Positions 45,575 to 55,076 of a DNA stretch of 64,000 nt are shown here, piece by piece. The stretch lies in IMG/VR virus record IMGVR_UViG_3300010344_001225; one strand, 5' to 3'. Position numbers and translations under genes: made by a program. Numbering within the stretch: the first letter of the stretch is position 1; each line of letters opens with the position of its first letter. The notes beneath the pieces are model-generated. The model searched no databases. It saw only the letters and a list, made by a program, of their open reading frames with translations, and was not told where the DNA came from. The DNA is from an uncultured virus (IMG/VR IMGVR_UViG_3300010344_001225) (lineage: Duplodnaviria > Heunggongvirae > Uroviricota > Caudoviricetes).

Positions 45575-46645
45575 TTACTGTTCCCAAGGAAGTTCAGGTT
45601 TCCCGAAATGTCCGTAAGTTGATGTGAGGTTGTAGTCCACATCAAGCAAACCCAACCCGTCAATAAGACCTCTCGGTGTCAGGTCGTAGCTGTCTTTCAC
45701 AAAGGCATCGATGAACTCTTTGCTTTGGTACTCCGTGCCGAAACAGTCCACCGTAACGGATACCGGATCTTCCTTACCGATGGCATAAGCGATACTGACC
45801 TCACACTTATCGGCGTAACCGGCACGGACGATATCACGTGCAATCTTCCTTGCAGCGTAAGCCGCCGAGCGGTCAACCTTGGTCGGGTCTTTTCCTGACA
45901 TAGCACCGCCGCCGATATGACCGACACCGCCGTAAGTATCACAGGCAAGTTTTCTGCCGGTGACACCGCAGTCGGCAACGGGACCGCCGATGACAAATCT
46001 GCCGGTCGGATTAACGAGCTTTTCAAAGTCACCGTTCAGTCCGTACTCGGAAGCAGCCAATACCATCAGGCTTTCGATAATATGACGGAAGTCACTCACT
46101 TCCACATCCGGGCTGTGCTGTACCGAACAGAGGAAGGTGGTGATGCGACCGGTATCGTAATCGAAACTGACCTGTGCCTTGGCATCCGGCTTAAACATCT
46201 TACTGGGATGGTTCTTCAGCACTTTCAGAAACTTGGTCGCAACTGCAAACGGAAGCGGCAGCATCTCCGGCGTTTCGTTTGTAGCGTAGCCGTACATGAT
46301 TCCCTGGTCACCCGCTCCGCCTTTGTCCACACCAAGGGCAATGTCCGGTGACTGTTCTCTGACCATGATTCCAATGTCAAGGTTGCCGGGGAAAGGCTGG
46401 ATGTACGCATCCTCGTATCCGATGCGTTTCAGCACACCGTACACCAAACCGGCATAGTCAGGACGGCGTTTGCTTGTCAGCTCTCCGGCGATAATCAGGT
46501 GGCTGTCCTTAAACAGGCACTCGATAGCCACACGGCTGTTTTTGTCATGGGCAAGGCAGTCGGTCACGATGGCATCCGCGATCTGGTCACAGATTTTATC
46601 AGGATGTCCGTCCGACACCTGCTCACAGGTAATAATTCTGCTCAT
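45575..46645 (-). CDS. metK: S-adenosylmethionine synthetase (phage-borne)
   Basis: GHPDKICDQIAD, GAGDQG, NPTGRFVIGGP, GGGAMSGKDPTKVDRS, YGHFG. Confidence 0.96.
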   Translation of the reverse strand: MSRIITCEQVSDGHPDKICDQIADAIVTDCLAHDKNSRVAIECLFKDSHLIIAGELTSKRRPDYAGLVYGVLKRIGYEDAYIQPFPGNLDIGIMVREQSPDIALGVDKGGAGDQGIMYGYATNETPEMLPLPFAVATKFLKVLKNHPSKMFKPDAKAQVSFDYDTGRITTFLCSVQHSPDVEVSDFRHIIESLMVLAASEYGLNGDFEKLVNPTGRFVIGGPVADCGVTGRKLACDTYGGVGHIGGGAMSGKDPTKVDRSAAYAARKIARDIVRAGYADKCEVSIAYAIGKEDPVSVTVDCFGTEYQSKEFIDAFVKDSYDLTPRGLIDGLGLLDVDYNLTSTYGHFGKPELPWEQ

Positions 46646-46750
46646 AGGTTGTTCCTCATCTTTCTGATTGATATTTAGGCAAAAGAAAAACCCCACGGGT
46701 ACGCACGGGGCGCACACGCGAGGCTCTTGATGCACTCTTTCATCGTACCC

Positions 46751-46805
46751 ATTTTACCGCTATGAAAAGTATCCGCAAGTATCATTTTGGACATTTCGGA
46801 CATTT
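46751..46805 (-). promoter_or_regulatory. Probable activator-dependent late promoter
   Basis: TAAAAT -10 with no -35; tandem aagtatc x2 and ggacattt x2 at about 10-bp spacing at the end of the RinA-like gene. Confidence 0.55.
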
Positions 46806-47198
46806 TCAAAATAATTTGTCTGAAATGACCTTTTCAATCGTATCATCATGGATTCGCTTGCATTGCCTTTCGGTATAACCTACTCGCTTGGCTATATCTG
46901 ACCAGACCTGGTTGGAGAAATACTTCAACTTAAAAATTTCCCTTGCTATATCATCTTCTAGTTCGAGGATGATCTTCTCAACCAGCTCCTTTTCCTTTTG
47001 CAGGTCAGCAATCTGCTGTTCCAGCTTTTTGATACGCTCATCCACTTTCGATTGTACTTCATCATCAAGGGTGATCTGAAACTCGTCCAGGGTTTCCAGC
47101 ATTTCTTTTGCCGTCCGCAGTTCCGTTTCCAGATAATGCATCTCCACTTTCTGCAGACTGTATTTTCTCAGCCTTCTTTCAATAGGATTATGTAGCAT
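46806..47198 (-). CDS. RinA/ArpU-like late transcriptional regulator
   Basis: REIFKLKY...WSDIAKRVGYTERQCKRIH. Confidence 0.75.
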   Translation of the reverse strand: MLHNPIERRLRKYSLQKVEMHYLETELRTAKEMLETLDEFQITLDDEVQSKVDERIKKLEQQIADLQKEKELVEKIILELEDDIAREIFKLKYFSNQVWSDIAKRVGYTERQCKRIHDDTIEKVISDKLF

Positions 47199-47610
47199 TG
47201 ATTTTGACCTCCAATTCCTTCAGTGCCTCACGGTGCATTCTGAACATCGAGGCTCTGGGTAAAGACAATTCCATTAAAACGTCTTCCCAATCCATCAGCC
47301 GGATGTACCGGTTCAAAAGCACCAGCTGTGCCAGCGGATCTTCCAGCAGATAAATAACCGCTGTCACTTCCCGTTTCAGTTCCGCCAGTTCACCGTACTG
47401 CCGCTGTATAACCCGTTCCAGGTCAATTGCTTTTTCCAGGGGTGCGACAAACGGAGCGTTGGTGTTTCTGCTTGCTGCTACTCTTTCACGGTCATAGGCG
47501 GGAGCAGATACGGTAGATGCCATACGATGCCAGTGAGCGGCACAGTCCTCGTTCTTTTTAATCTTTTGATATAACCTCGTGGGTTTCATTAAATAGTCTT
47601 TTATTTCCAT
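47188..47610 (-). CDS. RinA/DUF1492-like regulator
   Basis: VLLNRYI..MDWEDV...FRMHREAL. Confidence 0.75.
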   Translation of the reverse strand: MEIKDYLMKPTRLYQKIKKNEDCAAHWHRMASTVSAPAYDRERVAASRNTNAPFVAPLEKAIDLERVIQRQYGELAELKREVTAVIYLLEDPLAQLVLLNRYIRLMDWEDVLMELSLPRASMFRMHREALKELEVKINAT

Positions 47611-47881
47611 ACTCTCTCACCTTAGCATCCAGTTTTTCTTTTACGGCTCTGCCGTTGGTATCCGACAGCATCTCGTACCACTCGGAAAGAAGAAAGTGCC
47701 GACATTCCAGATACGACCGTCTGCTGTCCATAAAACTTGTAATCAGCCGGTTGCCCTTGCCTGTCTCTTCCTCAGTCAGATAGATGATTGAAAGTTTTAC
47801 CACCGCCTTGGCATACAGGAGATAATCCTTGATTCCCTGTACAACGATGGCAGAAGCCAATTCCTGATAAGCATCTCTCAT
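47558..47881 (-). CDS. Conserved phage hypothetical protein
   Basis: YQELASAIVVQGIKDY...FLLSEWYEMLSD. Confidence 0.7.
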   Translation of the reverse strand: MRDAYQELASAIVVQGIKDYLLYAKAVVKLSIIYLTEEETGKGNRLITSFMDSRRSYLECRHFLLSEWYEMLSDTNGRAVKEKLDAKVREYGNKRLFNETHEVISKD

Positions 47882-47948
47882 GCCGACACCTCCGTTCTTA
47901 CTTTTGTTTCAGAAGCATCGCTGCATTGATGCGTTGTCTCGTTATTCT

Positions 47949-48245
47949 TTACTTATCGTTGCATTGCACAGAGCCTTCGATCACGCTCTGCACCTCGGCA
48001 ACCGAGCGGACAACCAGGGCCGTCCCGCCCGCTCCGAGGATTTTTCGGATGGTTGCTTCCTGGAGCTTTGTGGGGTTTCCCTTATCGGTTTTGACCTCAA
48101 AGCCATAGAAGCAACCGCTCACGCAGGCAATAATATCCGGGATACCTGCCGTCCCGTACATTCCGCCGTGCTCTTTCCAGGCGAAGCACTGCGGTACGGT
48201 TTTTAAGTATTTCAGAATTGCTTTTACAATATCTGCTTCCGACAT
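47949..48245 (-). CDS. VRR-NUC nuclease
   Basis: GIPDII, GFEVK, TKLQ, VVRSV. Confidence 0.9.
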   Translation of the reverse strand: MSEADIVKAILKYLKTVPQCFAWKEHGGMYGTAGIPDIIACVSGCFYGFEVKTDKGNPTKLQEATIRKILGAGGTALVVRSVAEVQSVIEGSVQCNDK

Positions 48246-48460
48246 CGTCTCTCTCCTTTCCGCTGCCGCCGACACATGTGTCAAACGGCATCTGCTCAAA
48301 AGGCAGGAATCACACGGTTTTCCGGATTTCCTTTGACACATTGACACGAAAATCCCTATTGCACATATGGAGCAAAATAAACAAAGGTTTTTGTGTTTTA
48401 ATTGGTATATATAAGAAATAGAAAAACCGTGTTCATCTGTTACCTGTTCTTGATATGGCT

Positions 48461-50962
48461 CTACCCAAGGACCTCCGTCAGACGGATTCCTTTCAGAATG
48501 CGCCGTTTGCCGAGCCGGTCGATGTCCCTCGTTACGGTATCAAAGGAAGAAATAATCTGCTGAATGCACATTTTCTGTGAAAATGGCTTCAAACCACATT
48601 CTTCGCAGTACCGCTTATAGGCATTATACAGTTCAGTCGAACCAACGCTCGACGGTTTCTCCTGATTGTCATCCAGCTCACAGCACTCATTGACAAAGGA
48701 CAGCACGGAATCGGAGTCCTCACGGTACTGCTGAAGCTCTGCCCTGTTCGCCTCGGTTTCGCTGAACATAAAGTTATTATCCATCAGCCGTTTCAAGCCT
48801 TCCAATGCAAACATGAAGATGCCATCTGCTTCCGCACGGAACTTTTCAATGAGATGCGGATCTCTTTTCTCCTCCGGCACCGCATGATTGAAACGGACGA
48901 TGATGAGCCTACGGTAAAAGCCGTCGCTCTTATCTCCATAGTTCTTCGGGATCGTATTGCAGGAAAACAGGAGTCTTGCATAGGATTGAAAGCTGAAGGG
49001 GTTCTTGTTCTTCTTCTCCACGGTCAGATAGTCCTCACCTACAAGGGCTTTGAATATACCATTGTCATCAATGTTCTTTGTCGGAAGGTCAGCGAAGATA
49101 TTCGCCAGCTTGCCGAAAAGCTCCGCTGTCTTGAAACGCTCATTCAGCGACTGCCAGGAAACATTCGACACATTCTGCCTACCAAGCAGAATCTCATTGA
49201 GGACACGAAGCAGCACGGATTTACCCGCACTCGCCACGCCCACCATGACAAAGCATTTCTGCGCCGATTGTACCGGAATCAGGAAGTAGCCAAGCATCTC
49301 CTGCAAAAGCTTTACCTGATCCGCATCACCGCCCATTGCTTCCATGAGAAAGAGCTTAAAGCGAGGACAGTCTGCCTTCGGGTCATACTTCACGCCAAGC
49401 TGTACCGTTGATAGATACTCCGGTGTATGTCCGGAAAGGCTGCTTTCCAGCACATTGAACAGTCCGTTTTTCAGATTGATGATATAGGGATTCGGATTCA
49501 GGTCACGGATATTTTTCTGAATGATCAATTCCCATTGATTCTCTGCATCCACGATCTGACTCATCTTTGTTTCAGACGGAAGCATCTTCTGCTGAACCAT
49601 ACGGAGCGACTGCTTTTCGGTCAGTTCCTCATACACACCGTTGTTATAGAGGAAATGCTGATCGGCGGCATAGATGACATTTTCATCCCTCGACATAGAA
49701 AGAGCGAGGATGCCGGGAAGGAACTTCACTCCGTAATTTCCTACCGTGTACCATGCGGGAAGTCCCATATCTTCCGAGGTCTTGCGGACGTGAGATGCGT
49801 TCTCATGCTTCTTCGCACAGCGTTTGTAATGCTGCAGAAGCGGACGCAGGAAGTCGGTCTTGAAATGAAAATGCTCCCGCATTGCCGAATTGATAATCGC
49901 CGTTGCAGTCACTTCATCCTGATTGTAGAGCCAGCGTTCAATGAACTCCTGGGCTGTCTTCGTATCCTTAATGGGATCATTGGTAATGGTCAGTTCGGAA
50001 ATCATCTGCACAATCGTCTCAGCATCTAACGGCATATAGCACATGGAAGCCGGGGACTTGCAGGGACACTCACCGGTTGCCAGTTTCGGACAGCGATAGC
50101 CTTTCTCCGCAATGGTCACACAGTTGATGGGTCTCGTTCCGCTTTCAAAATAGTGATTGATCTTCTTCTGCGTTGCCTGTGCATCGTAACCGGGATAGGG
50201 TTTCGACAGCTGATGAATCAGCTCCACACCCCCCTCAAATGGTGCAAGGTTGGTGATCATCGCATACCAGTCGTGTTCCGCAAGGTGAGCGGCATTCTCT
50301 TTACAGTGCTTAATAAAATCACAGCCACGGCAGATAATATCGAGACCTTTCTCATTTCCCTTCTGAGCGATGATTCGCTTTTCTTCCGCATCGGGCAAAA
50401 GCTCCGAAAGCTGATCCTGCGAGTACTTGCGTTCCGGATGAAAGAGGATGCACTCTACCATAACCGGCGTATCCCCTTTGCAATGATTGAATCCGGGAAG
50501 ACGCATGACACGGGATTCATTGACGCAGACAGGATCACCGTCAAACTGCTTGACGAGCTGTTCCTGAATCTTGCGGAAACGACCGACCTCGGCTTTCTTA
50601 TCCATGAACCAGTAAACATGAAGGGAGCGTTTTGTCTTGATGATCATGGACGGCGGAAGAAGAAATGCATCGATTCTCTTCTGCTGCTCTTCAAAACTGC
50701 AATCGTCCATCTCCACGAACTGCGCATTGACACGGGAGATTGCATCATCCGACTGACCGCCGTAATTGACCACATAGAACACGCCACGGTCATGAGAGTT
50801 ATGCTCCTCCAGAACCGGCTCCATCTGAGCGTATTTTCCGAGCTGACATTCCAGCTTCATGCCGGGAAAAACGCCACGCTTTTTATCATCAAACACACGG
50901 AAACAGACCGTCTCATCCGGCTCAAATAAGCACTTCAAAATATCAAATGCCGATATCTTCAT
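48461..50962 (-). CDS. Primase-helicase: RepB-type primase + Cys-rich domain + D5/P4 SF3 helicase
   Basis: FVEMDD, HVYW, RVMRLPGF; INLKNG; GVASAGKS, FSCN, GFYRR. Confidence 0.9.
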   Translation of the reverse strand: MKISAFDILKCLFEPDETVCFRVFDDKKRGVFPGMKLECQLGKYAQMEPVLEEHNSHDRGVFYVVNYGGQSDDAISRVNAQFVEMDDCSFEEQQKRIDAFLLPPSMIIKTKRSLHVYWFMDKKAEVGRFRKIQEQLVKQFDGDPVCVNESRVMRLPGFNHCKGDTPVMVECILFHPERKYSQDQLSELLPDAEEKRIIAQKGNEKGLDIICRGCDFIKHCKENAAHLAEHDWYAMITNLAPFEGGVELIHQLSKPYPGYDAQATQKKINHYFESGTRPINCVTIAEKGYRCPKLATGECPCKSPASMCYMPLDAETIVQMISELTITNDPIKDTKTAQEFIERWLYNQDEVTATAIINSAMREHFHFKTDFLRPLLQHYKRCAKKHENASHVRKTSEDMGLPAWYTVGNYGVKFLPGILALSMSRDENVIYAADQHFLYNNGVYEELTEKQSLRMVQQKMLPSETKMSQIVDAENQWELIIQKNIRDLNPNPYIINLKNGLFNVLESSLSGHTPEYLSTVQLGVKYDPKADCPRFKLFLMEAMGGDADQVKLLQEMLGYFLIPVQSAQKCFVMVGVASAGKSVLLRVLNEILLGRQNVSNVSWQSLNERFKTAELFGKLANIFADLPTKNIDDNGIFKALVGEDYLTVEKKNKNPFSFQSYARLLFSCNTIPKNYGDKSDGFYRRLIIVRFNHAVPEEKRDPHLIEKFRAEADGIFMFALEGLKRLMDNNFMFSETEANRAELQQYREDSDSVLSFVNECCELDDNQEKPSSVGSTELYNAYKRYCEECGLKPFSQKMCIQQIISSFDTVTRDIDRLGKRRILKGIRLTEVLG

Positions 50963-51155
50963 CTGTAGGCACCTCCGTATTTTCTTCTTGTTTTGTAGTA
51001 ATAACGATCTTTTCAGCCTGCTTCGGCTGATTTGATTTCGGTTGCGGAGAATGCTTCTTTCGTTCTCTCCGCTCATCTCTTATAATATTGCTCATCGCTT
51101 CCCCGGCTGTCGGGTCATAGCAGCCGGAGGAGTTGTGATATAAACTGTTTTTCAT
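50943..51155 (-). CDS. Small phage hypothetical protein
   Basis: NSSGCYDPTAGEAMSNI; coupled to neighbours. Confidence 0.6.
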   Translation of the reverse strand: MKNSLYHNSSGCYDPTAGEAMSNIIRDERRERKKHSPQPKSNQPKQAEKIVITTKQEENTEVPTDEDIGI

Positions 51156-51158
51156 GAC

Positions 51159-53081
51159 TTACTCCATTTCTTCCATTGCCCCGAAGTCATGACCGTAGGA
51201 TGTTTCTGCCACGAGAGGGAGATCAAATTCCGGGAAAGGCTGTGCTTCCATGCAGGCACGGATAAAGGTCACGGCTTCATCCAGCTTATCCTCCGGAATG
51301 ACAAAGGTCAGCTCATCGTGAATCTGCAGGATGGGTTTGAGCCATTCCCTCTCCGGTAAGCCCTCAAGGATACGGACAATCGCAAGTTTTAATATATCTG
51401 CTGCCGTTCCCTGAATCGGAGTGTTTAAGGCGCACCGCTCCGCAAAGGACTTCTGTCCCCAGTTATCTGAAAGGATAGACGGAAGATACCGTCTTCTGCC
51501 GAGCCACGTTTCGGTATATACTCTCCTTGCGGCTTCGGCTTTTGTTTCTTCCTGCCAGGTATGCAATGCCGGATATCCATATTTCAGACTGTTTATGATC
51601 TCCTCGCATTCGCCCAGAGAACGTTCCACACCGGCTTTGAATTTCAGAGTCTTCTGCAACCCTCTCGGAAACAGTCCGTAGAAGGTGCCGAAGTTCACGT
51701 TCTTGGCAATGGTGCGATGCTCTTTATATCCGGGGAAATTCTTATCCTTCGCTTCCTCGTAGGTACATCCGAAAATGACCGAGGTCGTTGCCGCATGAAT
51801 GTCTCCACCCTTTCGGTAGACTCCCATCATAATTTCATCTCTGCAGTAGAAAGCACCCACACGAAGCTCGATCTGTGAAAAGTCCAGAGACAGGATATAG
51901 TGTCCTTCCGGTGCTTTGATGAAAGAACGGATACCGATAGGGTCATTGGTCTTTCGGGGCATATTCTGAGCATTGGGATTGCGGCAGTTCATTCTGCCGG
52001 TGTCGGTCGAGAGAGCGAAAAGATCCGGGTGGATCTTCAAAGTCGCACTGTTGATGTACTTGGCATAGCCGTCGATATAGGTTGATTTGATTTTTCCCCA
52101 CTTGCGGTATTCCTGCACCAGTTCAAAAAGATGAGACAGCTCCGGTCGGAACTCATCACACCATTCCTTCAAACGAACCATGGTCTCATCATCAGCGGCT
52201 TCACGGTTTGTCTCTGTGGTTTTGAGAATCGGCAGTCCCAGATCTTTGTAAAGATAGGTTTTGAATGCCATAGTCGAGCAGTTGGCACCGATAGGCACAT
52301 CACCAATAATGGCGGCAATCTCACCTTTGAGCCTTTCCATCTCCGCTTCGGCTTCCACCTTGCGTTTTTCCATCAGATCAATATCCACCGGGATACCGTT
52401 GGTCTTCATGATGCCAAGGTAAACCGCCGTCGGGCTTTCGATGTTCTCCACAATCCAGCGATGCTTCGGCAGAAAACGGTCAAACCATTCATTGAACCTG
52501 TGATAAAGCCGCAGAGCAAAATCCGAGTCGGCACAGCCGTACCTCACGGTTTCCGGGTCATGCCCGTCCAATTCATCAAAGGACTTTCCGTCTGTGACCG
52601 CTTCAAAGGTCGGCAGCGGCTCATCAAAGAGCTTCTTTGCCAGGGTCTTCAAACCGCTATCCGAGAGATTGCGGAAATCATAGGTGTCTTTCAGCGACAT
52701 TTGAGAAGCGCAGATCGTATCGTAGACCGGCGGCAGAATCACCATGCCGGACGCATAGGAAATCGCCGATTCAAAGGCAATGTTGTGTGCCACCTTGACT
52801 TTGCTTCTGTCCGAAAGAAATCCGTGAAGAAAATCATAAAAGGCTTTCTTTTCAATGTTTTCTCCGGCAAGATGTGCCACCGGCACATAGATTCCGGTAT
52901 ACTCTTTTACCGAGAAGGAACAGCCGACAATATGGGCTTTCGCCGGATCAAGCGCCGCCCGCTCCTCACTGCGGTATTCATCATTCGGTGCGGTTTCATA
53001 GTCAAAGGCAATCACATCGGCATTACCAAGGTAGTCTCTGATGCCGTCAACCGTTGTGACACATTTATAATCCGTACTCAT
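51159..53081 (-). CDS. Family A DNA polymerase with 3'-5' exonuclease
   Basis: AFDYET, TGRMNCRNPNAQN, DFSQIELR, AKNVNFGTFYG, NTPIQG, QIHDE. Confidence 0.95.
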   Translation of the reverse strand: MSTDYKCVTTVDGIRDYLGNADVIAFDYETAPNDEYRSEERAALDPAKAHIVGCSFSVKEYTGIYVPVAHLAGENIEKKAFYDFLHGFLSDRSKVKVAHNIAFESAISYASGMVILPPVYDTICASQMSLKDTYDFRNLSDSGLKTLAKKLFDEPLPTFEAVTDGKSFDELDGHDPETVRYGCADSDFALRLYHRFNEWFDRFLPKHRWIVENIESPTAVYLGIMKTNGIPVDIDLMEKRKVEAEAEMERLKGEIAAIIGDVPIGANCSTMAFKTYLYKDLGLPILKTTETNREAADDETMVRLKEWCDEFRPELSHLFELVQEYRKWGKIKSTYIDGYAKYINSATLKIHPDLFALSTDTGRMNCRNPNAQNMPRKTNDPIGIRSFIKAPEGHYILSLDFSQIELRVGAFYCRDEIMMGVYRKGGDIHAATTSVIFGCTYEEAKDKNFPGYKEHRTIAKNVNFGTFYGLFPRGLQKTLKFKAGVERSLGECEEIINSLKYGYPALHTWQEETKAEAARRVYTETWLGRRRYLPSILSDNWGQKSFAERCALNTPIQGTAADILKLAIVRILEGLPEREWLKPILQIHDELTFVIPEDKLDEAVTFIRACMEAQPFPEFDLPLVAETSYGHDFGAMEEME

Positions 53082-53542
53082 TCGTCATTCCCCCTTTCTT
53101 CACGGAGCCATCCTTGTTTCTTCTGAAATGGTGCCTCTGCTCTTACTTTTCTGAACGGTTTATGTGACAGATAACAAATGGCGTTGATAATAATTCCCTG
53201 CGCGGCATTATCCATTCCGAGTCCGCGAAGGAAATCAAAATAGGTATACAGTTCTGCTATCGTTTCATCCCGGTCATAGTTTTCATCCGGTTCTCTGCGA
53301 CTGAAAATGCTGCCGCTTTCACACAGCAGAATAATGCCTGCCTTGTACAGGGCTTCGGCACCGTTCCTGTCTTCACTTGCCTTCGGCGCAACTATGAAGA
53401 GGAAATGCGAATACTCAAGACACAGAATAACGGTATCTTTCTTTGTCATCTTCGCGTCGATGCCGGTTTTATACTCACTGATGCGGCTTCTCATTTCGGT
53501 CTCCTTTCTTCGGGTATTTATCTTTGATATACAGCCGTTCAC
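53078..53542 (-). CDS. Hypothetical protein
   Basis: Fills the operon, 4-bp overlap with polymerase; start uncertain. Confidence 0.55.
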   Translation of the reverse strand: MNGCISKINTRRKETEMRSRISEYKTGIDAKMTKKDTVILCLEYSHFLFIVAPKASEDRNGAEALYKAGIILLCESGSIFSRREPDENYDRDETIAELYTYFDFLRGLGMDNAAQGIIINAICYLSHKPFRKVRAEAPFQKKQGWLREERGNDE

Positions 53543-53765
53543 CGCTGTTCCAGATGCCGGTCATCATCGCCTGAACGTGTTCATACGCTCGGATTTTGGC
53601 ATCTCTCTCCCGTCTCGTGATTTCGCTGCAAGGTCCTTCACAGCTTTTGATTTCTTCTTTCAGCAGCTGAAACAAAATGGTGGCATTCAGATATTCATCG
53701 CAGCCTTCTTTATAAGCCGGAGAACAGATATATTCACAACAAGGGCTTAACATAGTTTCCTCCAA
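53475..53765 (-). CDS. Hypothetical protein
   Basis: GGAGG RBS after a hairpin, co-oriented. Confidence 0.55.
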   Translation of the reverse strand: MEETMLSPCCEYICSPAYKEGCDEYLNATILFQLLKEEIKSCEGPCSEITRRERDAKIRAYEHVQAMMTGIWNSGERLYIKDKYPKKGDRNEKPHQ

Positions 53766-53809
53766 TCCGGGAGCGGAAGAAGCAATGCCACTTCCGCTCC
53801 CATAAAACC

Positions 53810-54598
53810 TTAGTTCAACGGTTCAATGATCTCTCCGGTTTCCGGATCGACAAGCGGTGCGTTCTCCGGAGCTTCCTCAAGATCAGTCTCGAAGCCTACT
53901 GTGTTCTGCATCAACTTCACCTGATTAGTCAGTCCGTCAATGAGTGCGTACTCTTCCTTGGTCAGCACACGGTCAATAGAAAACTGTGCCTGGGAATAAG
54001 CAATGCCATCACTACTGGTAGCTTTTTTCAGTGTGAAGCGGGTTACCACGGAATTGGACTTATAGCCCTTGCCGAGCAGCTTCATGATGTACTTGCTGAA
54101 GGTCTGCAGAGAGCCGGTCGGCAGAGAGAAGATGATCGGGAAAATCTGACCTTCCATCAGAAGGTAAATGCGACGGCGCTCCTTGCAGGCTTTGCCCTTT
54201 TTGCCGTCAGAACCGAACTTGTTGTACGGACAGGTCTTGCAGTTGCCGCCCACACACCCGCTGTTCTCGCCGGGAATACCAATAACGCCATCATACGAAC
54301 CGCAGTCGGGCGGATTGGAACCACCGGTGTACTGAGTCTTATAGTAGGCACGGAGCGGATGATGGGAAAGGATAACGGCGGAGAACTCTTTCACCGTTTC
54401 GGGGTTATCCGGATCATCGCTTGGCATTTCAAAGACAGTCATGCCACCTGCCGGAAGCTTGATGCGGTCGAAGGTAACGGAAAGACCGTCCATTTCCTCC
54501 GCCATTGCAGATGCCAGGTCAAAATCACTCAGTGCAAGAAATCCTGTATTCTGAACTGCGATCTCCTTCGCTTCTTTTTTCATTACTTCATTACTCAT
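53810..54598 (-). CDS. Putative ssDNA-binding protein with Cys cluster
   Basis: PPDC.S.DG, CKTCPYNKFGS, ACK; acidic tail DPETGEI. Confidence 0.6.
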   Translation of the reverse strand: MSNEVMKKEAKEIAVQNTGFLALSDFDLASAMAEEMDGLSVTFDRIKLPAGGMTVFEMPSDDPDNPETVKEFSAVILSHHPLRAYYKTQYTGGSNPPDCGSYDGVIGIPGENSGCVGGNCKTCPYNKFGSDGKKGKACKERRRIYLLMEGQIFPIIFSLPTGSLQTFSKYIMKLLGKGYKSNSVVTRFTLKKATSSDGIAYSQAQFSIDRVLTKEEYALIDGLTNQVKLMQNTVGFETDLEEAPENAPLVDPETGEIIEPLN

Positions 54599-54617
54599 TG
54601 TTATAATCTCCTATCAT

Positions 54618-55076
54618 TTAAGAATTTTTCTTTGCTGATTTGCGTACTCCGATTCTTTTCTGGTCGTAAACATTGACCAAACCTTCGAGCCAATCGGGAA
54701 GCTCGTCTTCGTTGTTTTCGATCTGTTCTCTCACAAAAGCGGAGAGGCTGTTGGCATTGACCGTCTCATAGACAAGGTCTCCGTAGCCTTCTTTTTTCAG
54801 CGTTTCAAACAGCTCGGTCTTGCAGTCCGCTACCGCAGATGCACGGGTTGTCGTGGTCAGAGAGAAGGTAAATCCGGAGCGGGTAAAGCTCGGTGTTTCG
54901 GTATCGATCATCAGAGCTACCATTGCTTCATCCGTTTCCTTAATTTCCGCTTCTACCTCTTTCTCACGGTTTTCAAGCGAAGTCTTCTCATCCCGCAGGG
55001 CTTTCAGCTTGTCCGAAAGCTCATAGATCTGAGCAAACTTCTGTTCATTCGATAATGATTTCTGTTCGTTATCCAT
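54618..55076 (-). CDS. Coiled-coil phage replication-region protein
   Basis: ETVNANSLSAFVRE; between helicase and SSB-like gene. Confidence 0.7.
   Translation of the reverse strand: MDNEQKSLSNEQKFAQIYELSDKLKALRDEKTSLENREKEVEAEIKETDEAMVALMIDTETPSFTRSGFTFSLTTTTRASAVADCKTELFETLKKEGYGDLVYETVNANSLSAFVREQIENNEDELPDWLEGLVNVYDQKRIGVRKSAKKNS

Noticed and set aside
46646..46750. SAM riboswitch upstream of metK
   Set aside because: No S-box or SMK consensus recognised; only one terminator-like hairpin
35764..53081. Inteins or introns in terminase, primase or polymerase
   Set aside because: ORFs are of normal length with contiguous motifs
52131..53126. 331-aa plus-strand ORF
   Set aside because: Antisense to the DNA polymerase
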